This document shows positions 37,160 through 52,100 of a DNA stretch of 64,000 bases, one piece after another. The DNA is from Bispira polyomma. Taxonomy: Eukaryota. Position 1 is the stretch's first letter, and each line of letters begins with the position of its first letter. The notes beneath the pieces were generated by a model, which saw only the letters and a list, made by a program, of their open reading frames with translations, did not search any database and was not told the DNA's origin. A program made the translations under genes and the position numbers. Location of the stretch: the NCBI GenBank assembly GCA_965649765.1, contig OZ287751.1, positions 21,762,001 to 21,826,000 of the forward strand, in the 5' to 3' direction.

Positions 37160-40100
37160 GTGAGTGTTTTTATTTACTGCTTAGTTACACTATTTATTTG
37201 TCAACAACTTAATCTAATCTCGTCAATTCAGTACTAGTGAATGCTAACTACTAACTAAATCGAATCCCCGAATTGCAGTGTTGACCAATGACATGACACA
37301 AAGACCTCAATAATGAGGTTACTCAATGCAAAGCAGTGTAGAAAATACTTTTGGATTTTGTTTTTAATTACTGCTTTTATTATATACCATTTAATTGTCA
37401 ACAACTCAAACAGCCCCAGTTAAGTCAAACTCTTTTAATGTGTTGAATTTCTAACATTTTATGTAAAGGTTGTGCATTTGTACTTCCTTTTGTGGAAAAT
37501 GTGACCCTTGTTAACTAAATGTTCTGCTTAAAATATTTTATAATGGTTGTCCCTAGGATATTTGACCTTTAACAGTGTAGTCCTAATGGTCATATCCAAA
37601 AGAGACTTATTCAACTGATTCTATTGGGATAAATTAAGATAGTAAGTAATAAATAAGGCTTTTATAAGCATTGGATCAGAGTGTATATTTTTTGATAAGG
37701 TTACTTTGTTCAATGAGTGAAGACCTATTGGTCTTGATGTTTGACTTGCGAACTGCGAATCAATAACAGGATTTTATAGGGTTACCTAGAGGTAAATTGG
37801 TGGTTGTGTACGATTTTTTTAAATAGATTTTTTTACAGATCTTGTACATAACTAGGGCAAACTCATGGAATGGTGTAATAATATACTGCATACTGGGATT
37901 TAACCTGGGTAAAGCTCAGTAGGTTTAAAAAAAATACTTGCCCGTTTTATGGTAAACAAAGTAAAACCACTTTATGTAGAAGTTTGTTAGGCAAGCCCAT
38001 TTAAGTAGAGCTCTGTAAAGTCTTCTTTTTTTGAGACACATTTGCTATCCCAACAAAATTACCCTGTTAAGTGGAAATCCTGTTTATGTAGAGGTCTATT
38101 TCTCCTGGTTTCTTGAGGTTTCGACTGAAAGGGAGCTTAAACTTCTAAAATAAATTCAATCTTAAAGATATATAAACATAATAAAAATGAAGATTTAAAG
38201 TAACAAGAAGAACTATCCAGATTTTACAGAATCAAACCCGTGTAGTGAACAACAAATGTCTCAGGTCACCTAGGTTATTGTTTCCCCCCTGTATGATATT
38301 TCTGCTCTTATTTCTTTTGTTCTTTTTTTGTTTGTTTGTGTAGAAAACCAATCAAGGTATCAGTTTGCAGCTGATCTGTCTGTTTATAAGGCCTGCACTT
38401 TATTTTCACTGCTCTGTGAGAAATTCTAATTCTGTTGATGAGCTTAGACCAGAGGAAGCCAAATATTTACATAGAAGTTAATTCAAATGTATCAAGCTGA
38501 GCGAACTAACTGATAAGTTATTTTTTTATATAACCTGTGTAATGCTGCTTACAATCCTTTTTGTGTGTAGATAAATGTCTGTGATAAGGGTGATTGACTG
38601 AGATTTTTTGGACAAGTGACATTTTTCCCTTAATATATCATAATAAAATGTCAAATCCCACTCTTTTTTTATCAAACTTTCTGTGTAATTTTCATTCATT
38701 AAAAACACCAATATACTCTGTAGTCAGTTCATTTAAACAGTTGGTATAAATGAACTTTGTTGATCTCAAAATAGTACTTAGCATATGACCTGTGATGATA
38801 AAAAACGTCAGGTAGCAAATTGACAACACCTTTGGCGTAGAGACACATGAAGCGTGTATAAGAGTGTGTCATATAAAGAGAGAAAGAGAACAAAGACTTC
38901 TTTGAAGTCCTAAAAATAGAATTCCAATATTCTCCAAAAATATTCCAGCTTGAACTCATACCCTCCTTCATTCCATTAAAGGGCAAAAGTGAAACTTTCT
39001 GTTGTTGTTTTGAAAAAAAAACAACGTGTGACCATTTGGTTTAGTTAGTAGAGCTTTTCAGCACTGAATTGAATATACATATATTTAGTCAACAAAGTTG
39101 AGTTTAAGTTTGACTGTGTATTGTTAGGGCAAAAGTAAAATAATTTTGTAGTATTGAGTGATATTGTAATTTGTGAGCTTCATATTAACAGCATTGAGTA
39201 CTTTGTAGTTAGGTGCTATTTAAAAAGGCGTTTTTTTGTTTTCAAGCGTGGTCCCCTTGAATATAACCGAGTCCCTCCAATATAATTTTTGTCAGTTAGA
39301 TTCTATCTTAAAGCATTAGGGGAATATTTTTTTTAAATACTTGGGCTTTAACATGGTGACCTAATTATTAAAGGTCACATGATCCTGTTGGTTTGTTTTC
39401 TCAGACAGCATTAGTCAAAGATCAATGAAATTTGGCATGAAAATTGTCAAGGCAAGTGTCCGGACGCCTATCTGTCTATTTTACATTTTTAGTTTAAAAC
39501 AAAAAAATTTACATTAAAAACTGAATATAAACAGAGTTTGTGGAAGAGATATAATAACTTGGCTGTGTTGTGTAAACAAAACTGATGTATCTTACATTAT
39601 GTAGCCCCCCCCCCCCCCCCCCACCCCCCCACCCCCCTGCTCACCACCATTATATCACAAAAGAAAACATCTCCATCTGCCAATCATTACACCAGATCCC
39701 AGTAGATTATGCTCCATTGCAACATTGTTGTTGTATTTAGGTCAAAGTCACACTATGTTTTATTGTTTGCTACCCAATTTATGTGTAATCTGATATTTAT
39801 ACATTTTGATGATGCCTAAATGTAAATGTAAAAGTTATCATTGTTTATAGTCAGTTGCCTTGAGACAAGTATTAAAGTGTATGAAAGTTATTCTTTAGTA
39901 TCAAGAGTAAGGAATCCAAAATATTGCCAATGTCTCTGGAATTTAGGTAAGTAAGGCAAAGTAGTCACAAATATCTCAATTTCAGCAAATATTACCCACA
40001 ATTCTACCTAAAACATAACATTTTCTAGGTGGCGAATTTCAGATATATAGTGGCAAATTTTAGATTCCTTACTCTAAATATCGTTGCATCTTTCAAATGA

Positions 40101-43100
40101 CCAAAAATGTTCAATAACTTAATAAATGTTTTGTCCAGTTAAGTGAAGAACTAGTTAAAAAGGATTCCACTAAAGAGAGTGGTATATTCTGGTTCCTCTA
40201 TGAGGTCTGATGCAATCCTCCTGTATTCTAGTCTATACAACATTGTGTTTCGCACAGTTAATAGTAGTAATCAACATCTATAATGATTGAACATACCAAT
40301 CACTGAGAGCAAGAGAAACAGAGTAAATGTCAGCAAGTGAAGGAAATGCCGTGACAAAAACCATTTGCAAGTAAAGGGCATAAACTACTTAACAGGATTT
40401 GACTTGCAAAGTTAATACTTTTGCTTTAGAATCTGATGAAGTGACTTTTGAACAAGCTCTTTTCTCTTTTAATGGGAAAGAAAATGTCAGAAAGTTTCCA
40501 TAATTGAAGCAATGATTTGGAAGTGAAAAGAAGGCCATAACATGTGGAAGCAAAGCCAGTCTTTAAAGGTCCTTTTTGACACTTAACTCCCCCCCCCCCT
40601 CTCTGCCCCATTTGAGGGGGTAGGTAGTTGGTTGGGGTAGGGGAGGGGGGGGGGGTTTAGAGACCTCCCAATACAGTTTTTGTTTTCTTGGGTACAGGGG
40701 TTTTTAGTTGAGGAAGTAATAAAACATCTCGGCAGGATATAGCTGGCTTAAATACACAGTCCATTGCACCCTTGCCACACTCGGCTTTCAGCTAAAAAAT
40801 GAAAGAATCCTTTAATTTCTTTTACCAGTGATGAGGGGGGCCCGATGTAATAAATAGTGCCAGGGCATCCAATAATAGCCTTTTTCTTGGCTCACATACC
40901 ATGTAAAAAAACAATCATGTGCTTGTCATTAATAACTCCTTTTGAGGAATTCAATCACAAGATATGTAATTTAACTAGAAGTGTACTTAGTACAGTGCAT
41001 ACCTCTGCCACAATTCCTAAAAAGTTAAAAAACAAATTCTGCCCAAATCAACTCTAAATTTTTTTTAATTCTCTTCCTAATCTCATGCCTATCTCTCCAA
41101 TATCTTTTATGTTAATCAGTGTGAAAGCTCCTTCTTTTTTCTTAAATTTTTATTTCAATTTTTTTTTCATTATTTTTTTTTTTGCAAATTTTTTATGTCA
41201 TGTAGTACAAAAATAAATTATTTTTTAACATATTACAATTTTACTTTAAAACACTTATTGCATAATTTCATTAAATACAGTATTAAACTTTAGTTTTGTG
41301 TCTTTTTCCGCTATGTCTTCTTTAACATTTTAGATATCCCTAAATAAAGGCTCCCATCTCTCCCATTATTTAACAAATTGTCCTTCTGGATCCTTTAATT
41401 TGAATAGTGTCATTTAATCAAAATACTTACTTTGAACTTCTTTTGAAATAAATATTATTTAGTTGTATTTATCTTTCAATGTAAAATCTTTGGTATAATC
41501 ATGTTGACACACAAACAAACTAACTGAACCAGGTGAAATTGGTATACAGCTCCCTTTTAGGTTGAACGCCTTCTTAGCTGAGTCATATTGTATGACGGGT
41601 TGATTAACCATGTAGAGGATATAGATTTATAGATAATGTTCATGAAAACATATATCTTGGTTTGTATCGTGGTTAATGTCCTATTTTTCTCATATTTATG
41701 GTTAATATATTTCTTTAATATTTATAGGTGATAGCCTGATAGAAATTTATTTGAAAAGAAAAAATGAAAAAATGAATTGATACAGAAACAGGGTTCGCGC
41801 TTACGCCGTCCGAGTATCTAAAAACGCAGAATTTTTGCAAGCGGACGCAAATTAAAACATACAATGCATCTATTAGGACGCAGATTTTATTCAGAAGTAA
41901 AAAATCGCCATTTCCCCTTTTAATTTTTATATATTTTGAAGTTATTCACAGTTTCTAGCGGTCTCGGCAGATTTCGATGTTTTGATTTGGTGCTTCCGGT
42001 CATGGCGTTTTGGATTGGTAGTTTCTAAAACTCGTTAGAAATTCATTTAAAATTTCGTTAGGGCCTGGATGATACGAATTACCCAATTTATTTTACTTCA
42101 CAGTTCAAGTATATAAACTTTATTTTATATTATATTTATGAAACTTAATGGTCAAAAAGGCTTCACAATCGACTTATTTTATCCAATTATACCACTAAGC
42201 CAGAGATTTTTTTTTCTTTTTTAAGCTACAGCTGATTTGTTAGATGTTTGGTATAATTTCATAGGTAACATTTGTTTGTTTGGTGTTAAATTATATATTT
42301 GGATGTAGAAATATCAAATTTGTAGTGTTGACTTAAATTTTTAAATCTCATGGCTAACATTTGTTTGTTTGCAATGGTGTTAATTTATATATTTGAATGT
42401 AGAAGTATCAATATTAAATTTGTAGTGTTTGACTTAAATTTTCATATTCTATGTTATTATATTCTGTTGTTTGATCAGTGTAGAAATACAACAGTACATA
42501 TTTATTATATTAAAATTACTGTATTTGTCACTATAATGATAAATATCTATCGGATGCATGGAAGCTACTCCGGGACCCCACTTTTTATAAGAGGTGGGGT
42601 CCCAAAAACCCCACTTAAAAAAATCCTAGCGCCAACCCTGAGAAATACAATGTTTTATGTTGAAAAAGCTAACACACCTTTTTTACCTTTGGGATTCTCC
42701 TGTCTGGTGTTGTTTCACAGCTAACCTAATTAGAAAGTAGGGTCAAATCGCTATACAAAATGGTTACTACTAAAGCCCCCGGAATGTCACTCAGAACCGG
42801 AATAGACTTGCAAAAGTGTTATATAAAGCAGCATTTTACCTTTTTTTGAACCTAGGGGGCCGCGGTAGCCTAGTGGTTAGCAAGAATTGCACTTCACAAT
42901 CACTGGTGTCTCAGTTGGCGTGGGTTTGACTCCCGTCGATGCCTATGTGGAAAAGGTGGTAGTTCCTTACTGTGGGCCGCTGGTTTCAGTGTAGAACCTT
43001 GATCAACTGTATGCATTGTTTCCTCCAGTGTTTTCAATTGCCCGTCCCAATATAACCTAAACTATTGGTACTAGAGTGGACGTCAAATATCCCAATTCAA

Positions 43101-46100
43101 AAAGAAAAAAATTTCCTTCTAACCTGGCTTTTTTTAAAGGTATTCTTGTTCAGAATGACATCATTGGCATATGTTGCTGCAAGTGTTGGTTTTTTAGAAT
43201 CATAACTCTCTAATCATGTAATACGTACACTGCTCCAGTATTAATAGGATATTCTTGGAAAACCTTTTTTTGTAAATACCTGAGCAGCATTATAAGTGCG
43301 TGACGTTAGGTGAGTCAGAATTAAGGAATCTAAAAATTTGCCGCTGTATCCCAAATTCGCCACCCCTTAAAGTTTAAGCCACATCAATAAAAACCGGAGC
43401 GAAAAATAACTGGAATTTTGTAAGTAAGGCAAATAGTCACAAAAATCTAAATTTCAGGAAAAATTACCCATAATTCGACCAAAAAACAACTGATCTTCTA
43501 GGTGGCGAATTTCAGATACAGCATTTGGCTGGCGAATTTAGGGTATTCCTTACATCTAGCATGTGCTAGTTACTACAACTCCTGACGTAATTAACTGCCT
43601 AGTTCACAGAGCTTTAAGTAAGTAGTATGATGCCACACAGCTGTTAATAAAGCCTATTTATTAATAAAAAACACATAAAAGTTTTTGAATATGACTGCAT
43701 TAATGGGGGGGGGAGGGGGGGGGTGTATTAGAAATGTATTAGGTCCTTCAATTGCTTGCTTCTTTCAGGACGTGTGGTCTTCTAGGTATGTGAGCTGATT
43801 AAAGGACCACCCAATATCATCACGTCATTCAAAATAATCCTCAACCACTGGAAGTAGGACGTCCATAAATATCCTTATAGTGAGTTTTTTTGGGAGAGAC
43901 CACCCACTAACATTGATAGTTTGCGTGAAAATCTTTTAAGAAGCATGTGTTATATATGAGGTCCATGTGACTTGCAAAGAAAATCCAAATCGCAATAAGG
44001 TTATTAGCCTTTTTGATTTAGCAAGACCCTGCAGAAACAATGTAATAAAGAAACAAACATTAATGTGTCTGATATATATTATAATAATAATAATTATTAT
44101 TATTCCTTTAATAAATAAAGCACATTTTGAACATCACTGTTATTAAATGCGCTTTGACATTATTACTCCTGCCTGGGTTCTTCCAGTTGTCAACCAATTG
44201 TTCAGTCTCAGCTCCCTCAGGAAGCATACTATCCGTGATATGGGATGTTTTCATAACAACCAGAAGAAAATAGAATTGGCATTGAACTAAAACAGGAATA
44301 AATATTTTACATTATTAGTTACAATGAAATATTATTGATTCCCTTTGGAAAGTTAATATATCTATCTTGGCATATTTAGAATTTATGATCACAACCTGCT
44401 CTAAAAAGCTCTATAATATATTTCATAAATTGTTCATTTAATGCATAGCAGGTCATTGTTTTTGTTGGTGTTATCCAACTCATAATACTTCTAGTGTGCC
44501 TAATGACCATTACAACAATCTGAAAGGTATGATAGCCAACAGTATCCCAACTAGAAGTAAATCCATAATAAGTCAACCTGTCATTATATTAGAAGCTTGG
44601 ACACTAAGAGATGGTCAAATGTGTTCAACCTAAAGATAAACAAGCTGCTTTGAATTTTATCCAGAAAGCAAATATTAAATCTAATGTAATGGTCACCCAG
44701 TCAAAGGAAGTTGTTTTGCTGAAGGAGAAAGCTGCTTAGCGAAAGTTTTACTGAAGTGTTTACAGAAAAACCCATTTAACTCGAACTCTGTTGACTCAAT
44801 TCCCCCTTTTTATGTGGAGAAAAATCTGTAGTCCTACAAAGGCATTTTCTTTTCAAATCTCACCCTGTTAAGTGGAAACCCTGCTTTAAAGTATTTTTGA
44901 CTTGTCCCTCGAGGTTCACCTTAAGGGTTCAAATGTATTTTTTTTGTTTATTGGAAGCTTAAAATGTTAGGAACTAGCAAAAGCTTGACACAATTTAGTG
45001 GTTAGTTGATGACCAGTTTGTATACATTAAATATGTACCTAATCTGCTGAAAAAAGTACAGTAAAACCAGAGACCAAATAATCTGTCCCAGTTAGCAAGA
45101 TTCCTTGCTGTCATTTTGATGTCAGAATCGAGAAAAGGGACAGAACGGAAACCGCTACAAAAACGTAAATTTAGTCGGACGTGAAATGGCGGACAGATTT
45201 GTGTTGATGTTTGTGCTTGTAAATTTTGCTTCCGTATGATATACAACGAATAAGGATATGTATCTATTTCAACTAGATTCTATCTCTATAAATGATGCCG
45301 ATTTTGATTTATGTTTTGTCAGTGAAAGCTGCTCTGTTAGAGTGAGTCTGTCTGTCAGTAAGAAAAAGCCGTCATTAGCGAAGAAAAACCTCTATTATCC
45401 AAACTTGTATTTGAATATTTGATTTGGTGAACCCATTTGCACACTCCCAAATTGATGTTTTCCCTCTTTTGTTGTATACTAAAATGCCTCTTCTATATTA
45501 TATGATCTTTCTTAATTATCCAAACAAAATCTAGCTCTCCCAACAAATTCAGATAATAGAAGTTATACTATAATTTTAATTACATTTACAGCAGAGCTAT
45601 TATAGATGGCAGAGTTTAAGGCTGTTCCAAATTAGTCTGCATATGTACAGTAGACTCTGTATAACTAGAACCTCCAATATTCACAGATTTGGTTCTAGTT
45701 ATAGTTAACTTCCACTTATACCTATAAAAATACAGCATTTTCTGATGTTCGGACCTCGAAACCGATTCCACTTATACCTAAATTCAACTTACACTGGTTC
45801 TACTTATACAGAGTGTACTGTAAATAAGGCTCTCATCCATAAACAATAAACAGATGTTAGATTATTGTGGTCAGTCATCTTATAGTGTGTAGGAACAAAA
45901 GACTATACTTGACTGTGAAACTCTGGTAACCACAATCTTATGGTAGATGCTGCCATTCTGAGTCGAAATCTGTATCCGTTTGGCTTACAGTTAAAATATA
46001 TACTACATAATACAATACTGATAAATTTTAATGGTAAACAACAACAAAATTTCAGGTTGATGTGGCATATATTTGTTTTATTTGCCATAAATGACTTTCT

Positions 46101-49100
46101 TTTTTTTTTCGGTTGGATTAAGTCGGACAATTTTATTAAGAATGTACCAAGTGTTGTATTCACAAAAAAAAGGTCCTAGTCTTAACTTTTGAGTCCTAAG
46201 GTCAATATTGTAGTCTTTGGTTTTATCCAAAAAAAAAAGGTTAGATTCTGGTCTATATAAGTCCCAGTGACAAGTAAGAATAGGTCTGTGTTTAGTAGTG
46301 TTATTATTAACTTTAATTGCTCCTAACACTTTAAGACTAACACAGCAGACGATACGGTTAAATATTTTCGACAGAAATGTTAAGACTTAAGTTAACACTT
46401 TAAAGACTCCTTTTGTAAATACGGCCCCTGGACAATTAGTCTCTGGGCCCTCCGATCTCATTAATGCTCCCAATTGGTCAGTGATTGGGTTGTCCAGGGG
46501 AATAACGAGATCCCAATGCTAATGGTATAGACTAATGATCAGCTATCACATGTTTTCCCCTACCCCCCCCTACCCCCTACCCCCTCCCCAATTACTAGCA
46601 ATTAGGGATTCTCTTAGTACGTTTTATACTCTGGGAGACACTTCATTTTGGTGTCTTACTTTTAGTATTCGTACTGAAATGGTGTAACAAATCTGAATTA
46701 TGTTTATTGAGATATGGCTGAACTACAGTCAAACCCTTTTAAGTACAACTCTATTAAGTGAAATTACCTGTTAAGTAGAAGTCATTATAAGGTCCCAAAT
46801 TTACCATGTTAAGCAGAATTTCTGTTAAGTAGAACACATTTTTATGGCCCCTTAGTAGTCAATTTAACAGGGTTCCAATGTAAATTTTGTTCTTAAGTTG
46901 GCAGTAATCATTTCTTACCAGAAAAAGTAAATAATGCTCCAAACAACGAAGTACATTGGTGGCTGATATTAGGGGCTTAGACAGCACCAGCCAATATTGA
47001 GTGGATGTGACAATCAGGATATTGTGAATTGTGTAGGAGTCCATTCTTTCCTAATCAAATGACTTTTCTCTCAGTTTGACGAAATCCTTTGTAAATTGGG
47101 GATTGAGAAGAGGCTGGTTGGTGTCGTCATTTTATGAAATAAATCCCGGCTTATTATCTTCATTTCTGCAGATTTAGGCTCAATGGAATTGGGGGTGGTC
47201 TATATATATATATAGCCTGTACCACTGTTAGTGGAGGTTTCCATGCAGGCAATTTTCTGAGGAAATCAGCCGGTGGCAATTTTCGTTGATTTCGAAGTAC
47301 AATGTATCTGTTTCAATGTGAGAGCAAAGCTGATGGGCGGCGAGCAATACAAGGCAATTTTTTCGCTTTTGGTATCAGAAACATAAAATTGGTGGTTGCC
47401 ATTGCACATTGTTGACAATTGGAAACGTAGATTTAATTATCCAGTTTGGATATTTGTCTTCAGTGAAGACTCAGTTACTCGTAAATTAGGTATTATATTC
47501 GATTACCAGTAATGGTAATCAACAAATGTAACAATTGTATTTGCACTCATTTTCTTGGAAACATTTTAGTTTTTCTCTAAATTTAGAATGACACTTGATA
47601 TTTATCAAAATGTGAAGCTAAAATATCAGTAGAAAAGATTAGTAGAAATGCAAAAATGGCTATTACATTTTAGAGTGAAACTCTGAAGGGACCATAACAA
47701 ATTTGTTTACTTAACAGAAATTCTACTTAATAGGGTGCATTGTAATTAGAAATATATCAATAGGACACCTTACAATTACCTAACTTGTAATTCCACTTAT
47801 CAGAGTTCTACTTCAAGGGGGTTTGACTGTATATGTTTTCACCGTCTGACATAGAGGTTATTTTAAGGTGAACCTTAAAAAATCTCTTTTAGTCAAATTT
47901 AATGGGAACCAAAAGAAAATGAACCCCATAAAGTAGGACTCTGATAAGTGGAATTACCTGTTAAGTAGAAATTATGTTTAGTAGAACAAACTCTTATGGT
48001 ACTTTCAGATTCGACTTAACAGGGTTCCACTGTTCTCCACTTTTTAAGTTATCAGTGTAGATATAGAAAAAAAGACAAGAGCTTTGAGGTCATTATACAA
48101 TGGTACCGGCAAAGTATACAGTTTCATCCAAGATTGTGATCATGTTGATGTAACATTAAGGGACCAGTTAATATAGGGAAGACAGGGAGTGATCTGAGTT
48201 TGTCCAGTCCAGCAGCGAGGATAGAACCTTGGACCCCTAGGTCCGAAGTCATACATGCTAATCACTGGGCGATGTGAGAGAACACCTATATGACTTGATA
48301 TCATAGATTAGCTGATAATTTTGGACTTAGCCTATCTGTACTTTATTTGTAGATGTTAAATGTGTCTTCACATTTTTATAGTGTATATCAGATGTTACAT
48401 AAAGGAAACCCTCTCCAGATGCTCCTGTTGATGAAGTGTTTCTCTTATAGATAAAAATAATGTGCTCATCTTTTTGTGGATTATAAACTCTCTGCTAATA
48501 TGTGTACATTTTATTGCTGGAAAAAAAAATCATTTGATAACTTTCCTGGTATGTGTTGTTTTATCATTCTATCTCAACAGTATTTTATTACTCACTGACA
48601 GAAATATCTGTTTTTAAAAGCTTTCCAGAACAACATAAAAAGCACACAACTGCTTTCCACTGTGTAACCTCATTATTTAGGTCTTTGTGGCATGTCATTG
48701 GTTGACACTGCAATTCTGGGATCAGATTTACAGTAATTTATCACAGAAGTTTTGTATTTGTCATTTATCCAGATCTAAGCGCCCCTTTTTACTAGTATTC
48801 CATAGGGAAAGAGTGATAAAGTTGTCCTCAGAGTGATCAAGTTGCCCTCTGCCCCAACCCAATCTTTATGGTAGAGAACAGAAGCTACCGACATAAAGCT
48901 GTACCACCCTCATGTGTAATAATAATAAACTCTTCTAAATTTGAAAACATTTTCATTAAATATGTGTCTAGACTGATGTAGTTGTGTACGTTAGGCTCTG
49001 TGTGTAAGGCATGAAGCAGTCTGAGTTGATTCTTCAAAAATTTTACCTTTAATAAAAGGATACAACTAGTTGTTTAAACAATAAGTAGAATGAAATACTG

Positions 49101-52100
49101 CAAATACAGGACATTCGACATAAACATTTTAAGATTCTACTGTATTTTGTAATTATTTTTCACGACTTTCATATTTGCATAAATACTTTAATATAATTTC
49201 ACTGAGAGTATTCCTTTTGTATTTAATGATAGATTAGATTGATAATTTAATCAGCATTACCTTATTATACAATAAAAGATACTTTGATAGTATAAAAGAA
49301 TTGTCATTACATACATTAGCAAGTAGGCAGTAAGGGAGGCGATGGTGCGATCTATTTGAAAAGTCACAGACTTGATACAACAAATGCTACTGACCATCAT
49401 CTAAATGAGACCAGGCCCTAAAATTCCTTTAAAAACAATACACATTAGTAATACTGGCAGATGGCAACAGTGTCATTCCATTATCACCCAATGACAACTA
49501 TAGACTATACCTGGCAGTTGATCCAGTATAAGAGACCCTCCAAACACCACCAGACCATTACCCTCAACTACCTAAGATCACCAGAGACGTGCTAACAAAT
49601 GTTGCACTAAAATAGATTATAGTGGCCAAACAAATATCTATCTCACTTGTAAATTGTTACAGCTTTCAATGAGGCAGATGCTTAAAGTATAATTAGAACT
49701 AGGTCAATCTTTGGCCAGTGTCCATAACACCAGAGTGCTGGAAATTGGTTCATGTTTTAGGGCAGCAGCAGCAACCACAACATATTGCCATAGTTAAATC
49801 AGTGAACAGGGTACAACATAATAATACAAACAGTTGACAAACTCTTGCCGAGTCATAAAAAAATGGGCCGTTTTAAACCAGATATCCTGTCATTTACCAT
49901 AATGAGGTATAGGTGCAAAAGAGTTCTACTGGAAATACAGGGAGTTGGGTTGGGCAAGTGATTAAGTATACCAAATGTAACAGTTCAATGCCCTTCTCTC
50001 AGTCTTATATATCTCTGTGTTTTATGTACTATTATAATCTATATGATTCCCTGTTTGAGCATATATACCAATAATATAACAGTAAATAATAAGAAGTATT
50101 AAAGTGAGAAGGGATTAAATCAACAGTAAAGTTATGCTCATTTGTGGCTTTTTCTTTTAAAAAAATGCAAGGCTGTGATACTATGAAACTTAAACTCGGA
50201 CAGGGCCAGTTTTGATACAGCATAGACTGGCACATATCATGGAAAGTGGTGACAAGGGAGAGAAAAGGGGTGGGACAGGGAAATTCAATAGACTGCTTAC
50301 TGGGGCAGAACATACTCTGGCTAGGACTGTGGATAGAGTGTGGTGGCTATCTGAGCCTTCCTAAAGGCTCCATACTCTATAGTATTCTAAAGCATTGCAT
50401 TCCTTAAATCTGAACCACTGTTTCAATTTGGGATCAGTTAGCCAAAGATTTGGCTGTCTTAACCTAATCCTAATAGACTTTTATAGCGCTTAATCTCTGG
50501 AAATAACCAGATTCCTAGGAGCAAAAAAACAACTTTATAGACGACGATAATAGCTCAGGTATTCGTTAGACAGGCATATAGGGAAACACTTACCTAGAAG
50601 ATTTAATGACCTTAATTGTATTGTGTTTAAAATTTATACTCGTATAGCACATTTATCAACCTTTATCTGGCCTTCAAAATGATAAGTCACCTTTAAGGCC
50701 ACAGTGGCAGATAATAAATGTCGAACCATTGCAATCTCCACTTGAAAAAAGGATTTGTAAAAAAAAAAATATGATAATATTTATCGACATCAAGTTTCTA
50801 TCTTAACCTTTAAAACTTGGACCATTGGCTAGATTTTGTCACCATCCCACATGCGATACCTTGTTACTCTCCCTGGTCCACCAGGCAAGTGTCCATATTG
50901 AGTCTCCCTGTCCTACGTACCATGATATTGAAGTTTTGTTTTCACCCCTAGTTTCCTCACAGCCGCCATATGGTTATAGCTGGTTTACAGTGTAGACTCT
51001 TGACAAACTAGTGTACACTGGTTTGTTATAGCACTCAAACTGCCTGTTGTGATATGACCTATACAAATGTCGAAAGCGACGTTATACTTAAATCAAATAG
51101 ATAAGTAAATGTGTATGTAACTTTTGAAGTTGTTCCAGCACAAATAATGCTTGCCGACATAAGCCTAATGCAAGGCTAATAAGAGGCTGAATATATATTA
51201 TGTGCATCAGGCTAGACTCAGCTAGAGTTAAGCAATGGAACTTTTATATAGGAACTTTTAGCATTGAAACTCTTGAATATTTTAAGTTAATAATTTATGA
51301 TTATTTCTATAGGAAAAACAGCTTTCAGCCATACATACTCACACACACATACTCTGCCTCTAAATAGAGAGGTCTGTTGCATTCAAAAGGGATAGTTCAA
51401 CCATTTTACCATTTAACCCGCATACATGTTTTATAAGTATGAGTAAAAAAAATACACAAACTGCTATGAAGTGGTGTATATATAAATTCATCACCTGCTA
51501 AATGTTGTAATGTTTTGGTAGAATTTTGGGTAATATTTGCTAAAAATTGAGATTTTTGTGTCTATTTTGCCTTACGTACCTAAATTTCAGTTATTTTATC
51601 GCCTGTTTTTATTAAATTGGCATACATTTTAGGGGTGGCGAATTTCGTATACAGTGGCGAATTTTTGATTCCTTACTCTATAATTGTGCAGTGACTGGAG
51701 GGAATACAATAGTGCAGTTGTAATTGGTGTTACACTATACTTAGACCTTTTTCCCCCCACCCACCCTATATGAGCTTAAGTAAATCAAGTTCACACAATG
51801 AGCACCTCTAAGACTGAGTATTCTGCCGCCTATGACGGCTTTTTGACTGATGGATAGCCGATTGGTGACATAGCGGTTACCATTGACAAATGTTGTAAAT
51901 CAAAATCGGCATATATATATATATATATAGAGATAGAATCTGGTTGATGTTAAATACATACTCTTACTCCTTATAGATTTTATAGTAGCCGACGTGCGAC
52001 ATGGTATATATTAAGTATTACAAGATAAAAACTAAAACCACAAATTCCGTCGGCCATTTCACAGCGTTTCTGTAGCAGACTCCATTCTGTCCCTTTTCGC

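Larger units (their letters stand above)
41575..43151 (-). mobile_element. Second, inverted copy of the 15560-17165 TIR element, interrupted by two younger insertions
   Basis: 41575-41788 matches the reverse complement of ~16810-17040. 42646-42830 matches the reverse complement of ~15640-15770. TIR-like GGTATTCTTGTTC at 43139-43151. Confidence 0.7.

Noticed and set aside
37160-37212. C-terminal end of the 372-aa ORF (GECFYLLLSYTIYLSTT)
   Set aside because: Read-through into the intron past the GTGAGT donor; the GTPase continues at 56638.
40700-41420. Possible L1/Tx1-like LINE 3' remnant on the minus strand
   Set aside because: Only vague peptide resemblance ('AKKKAIIGC'); too degraded to support without a search.
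42855-42935. tRNA gene
   Set aside because: A and B boxes are present but run into a SINE body and tail shared with other copies; no convincing cloverleaf.
44340-44760. Possible ancient LINE RT fragment on the minus strand
   Set aside because: No intact diagnostic motif recognisable by eye.
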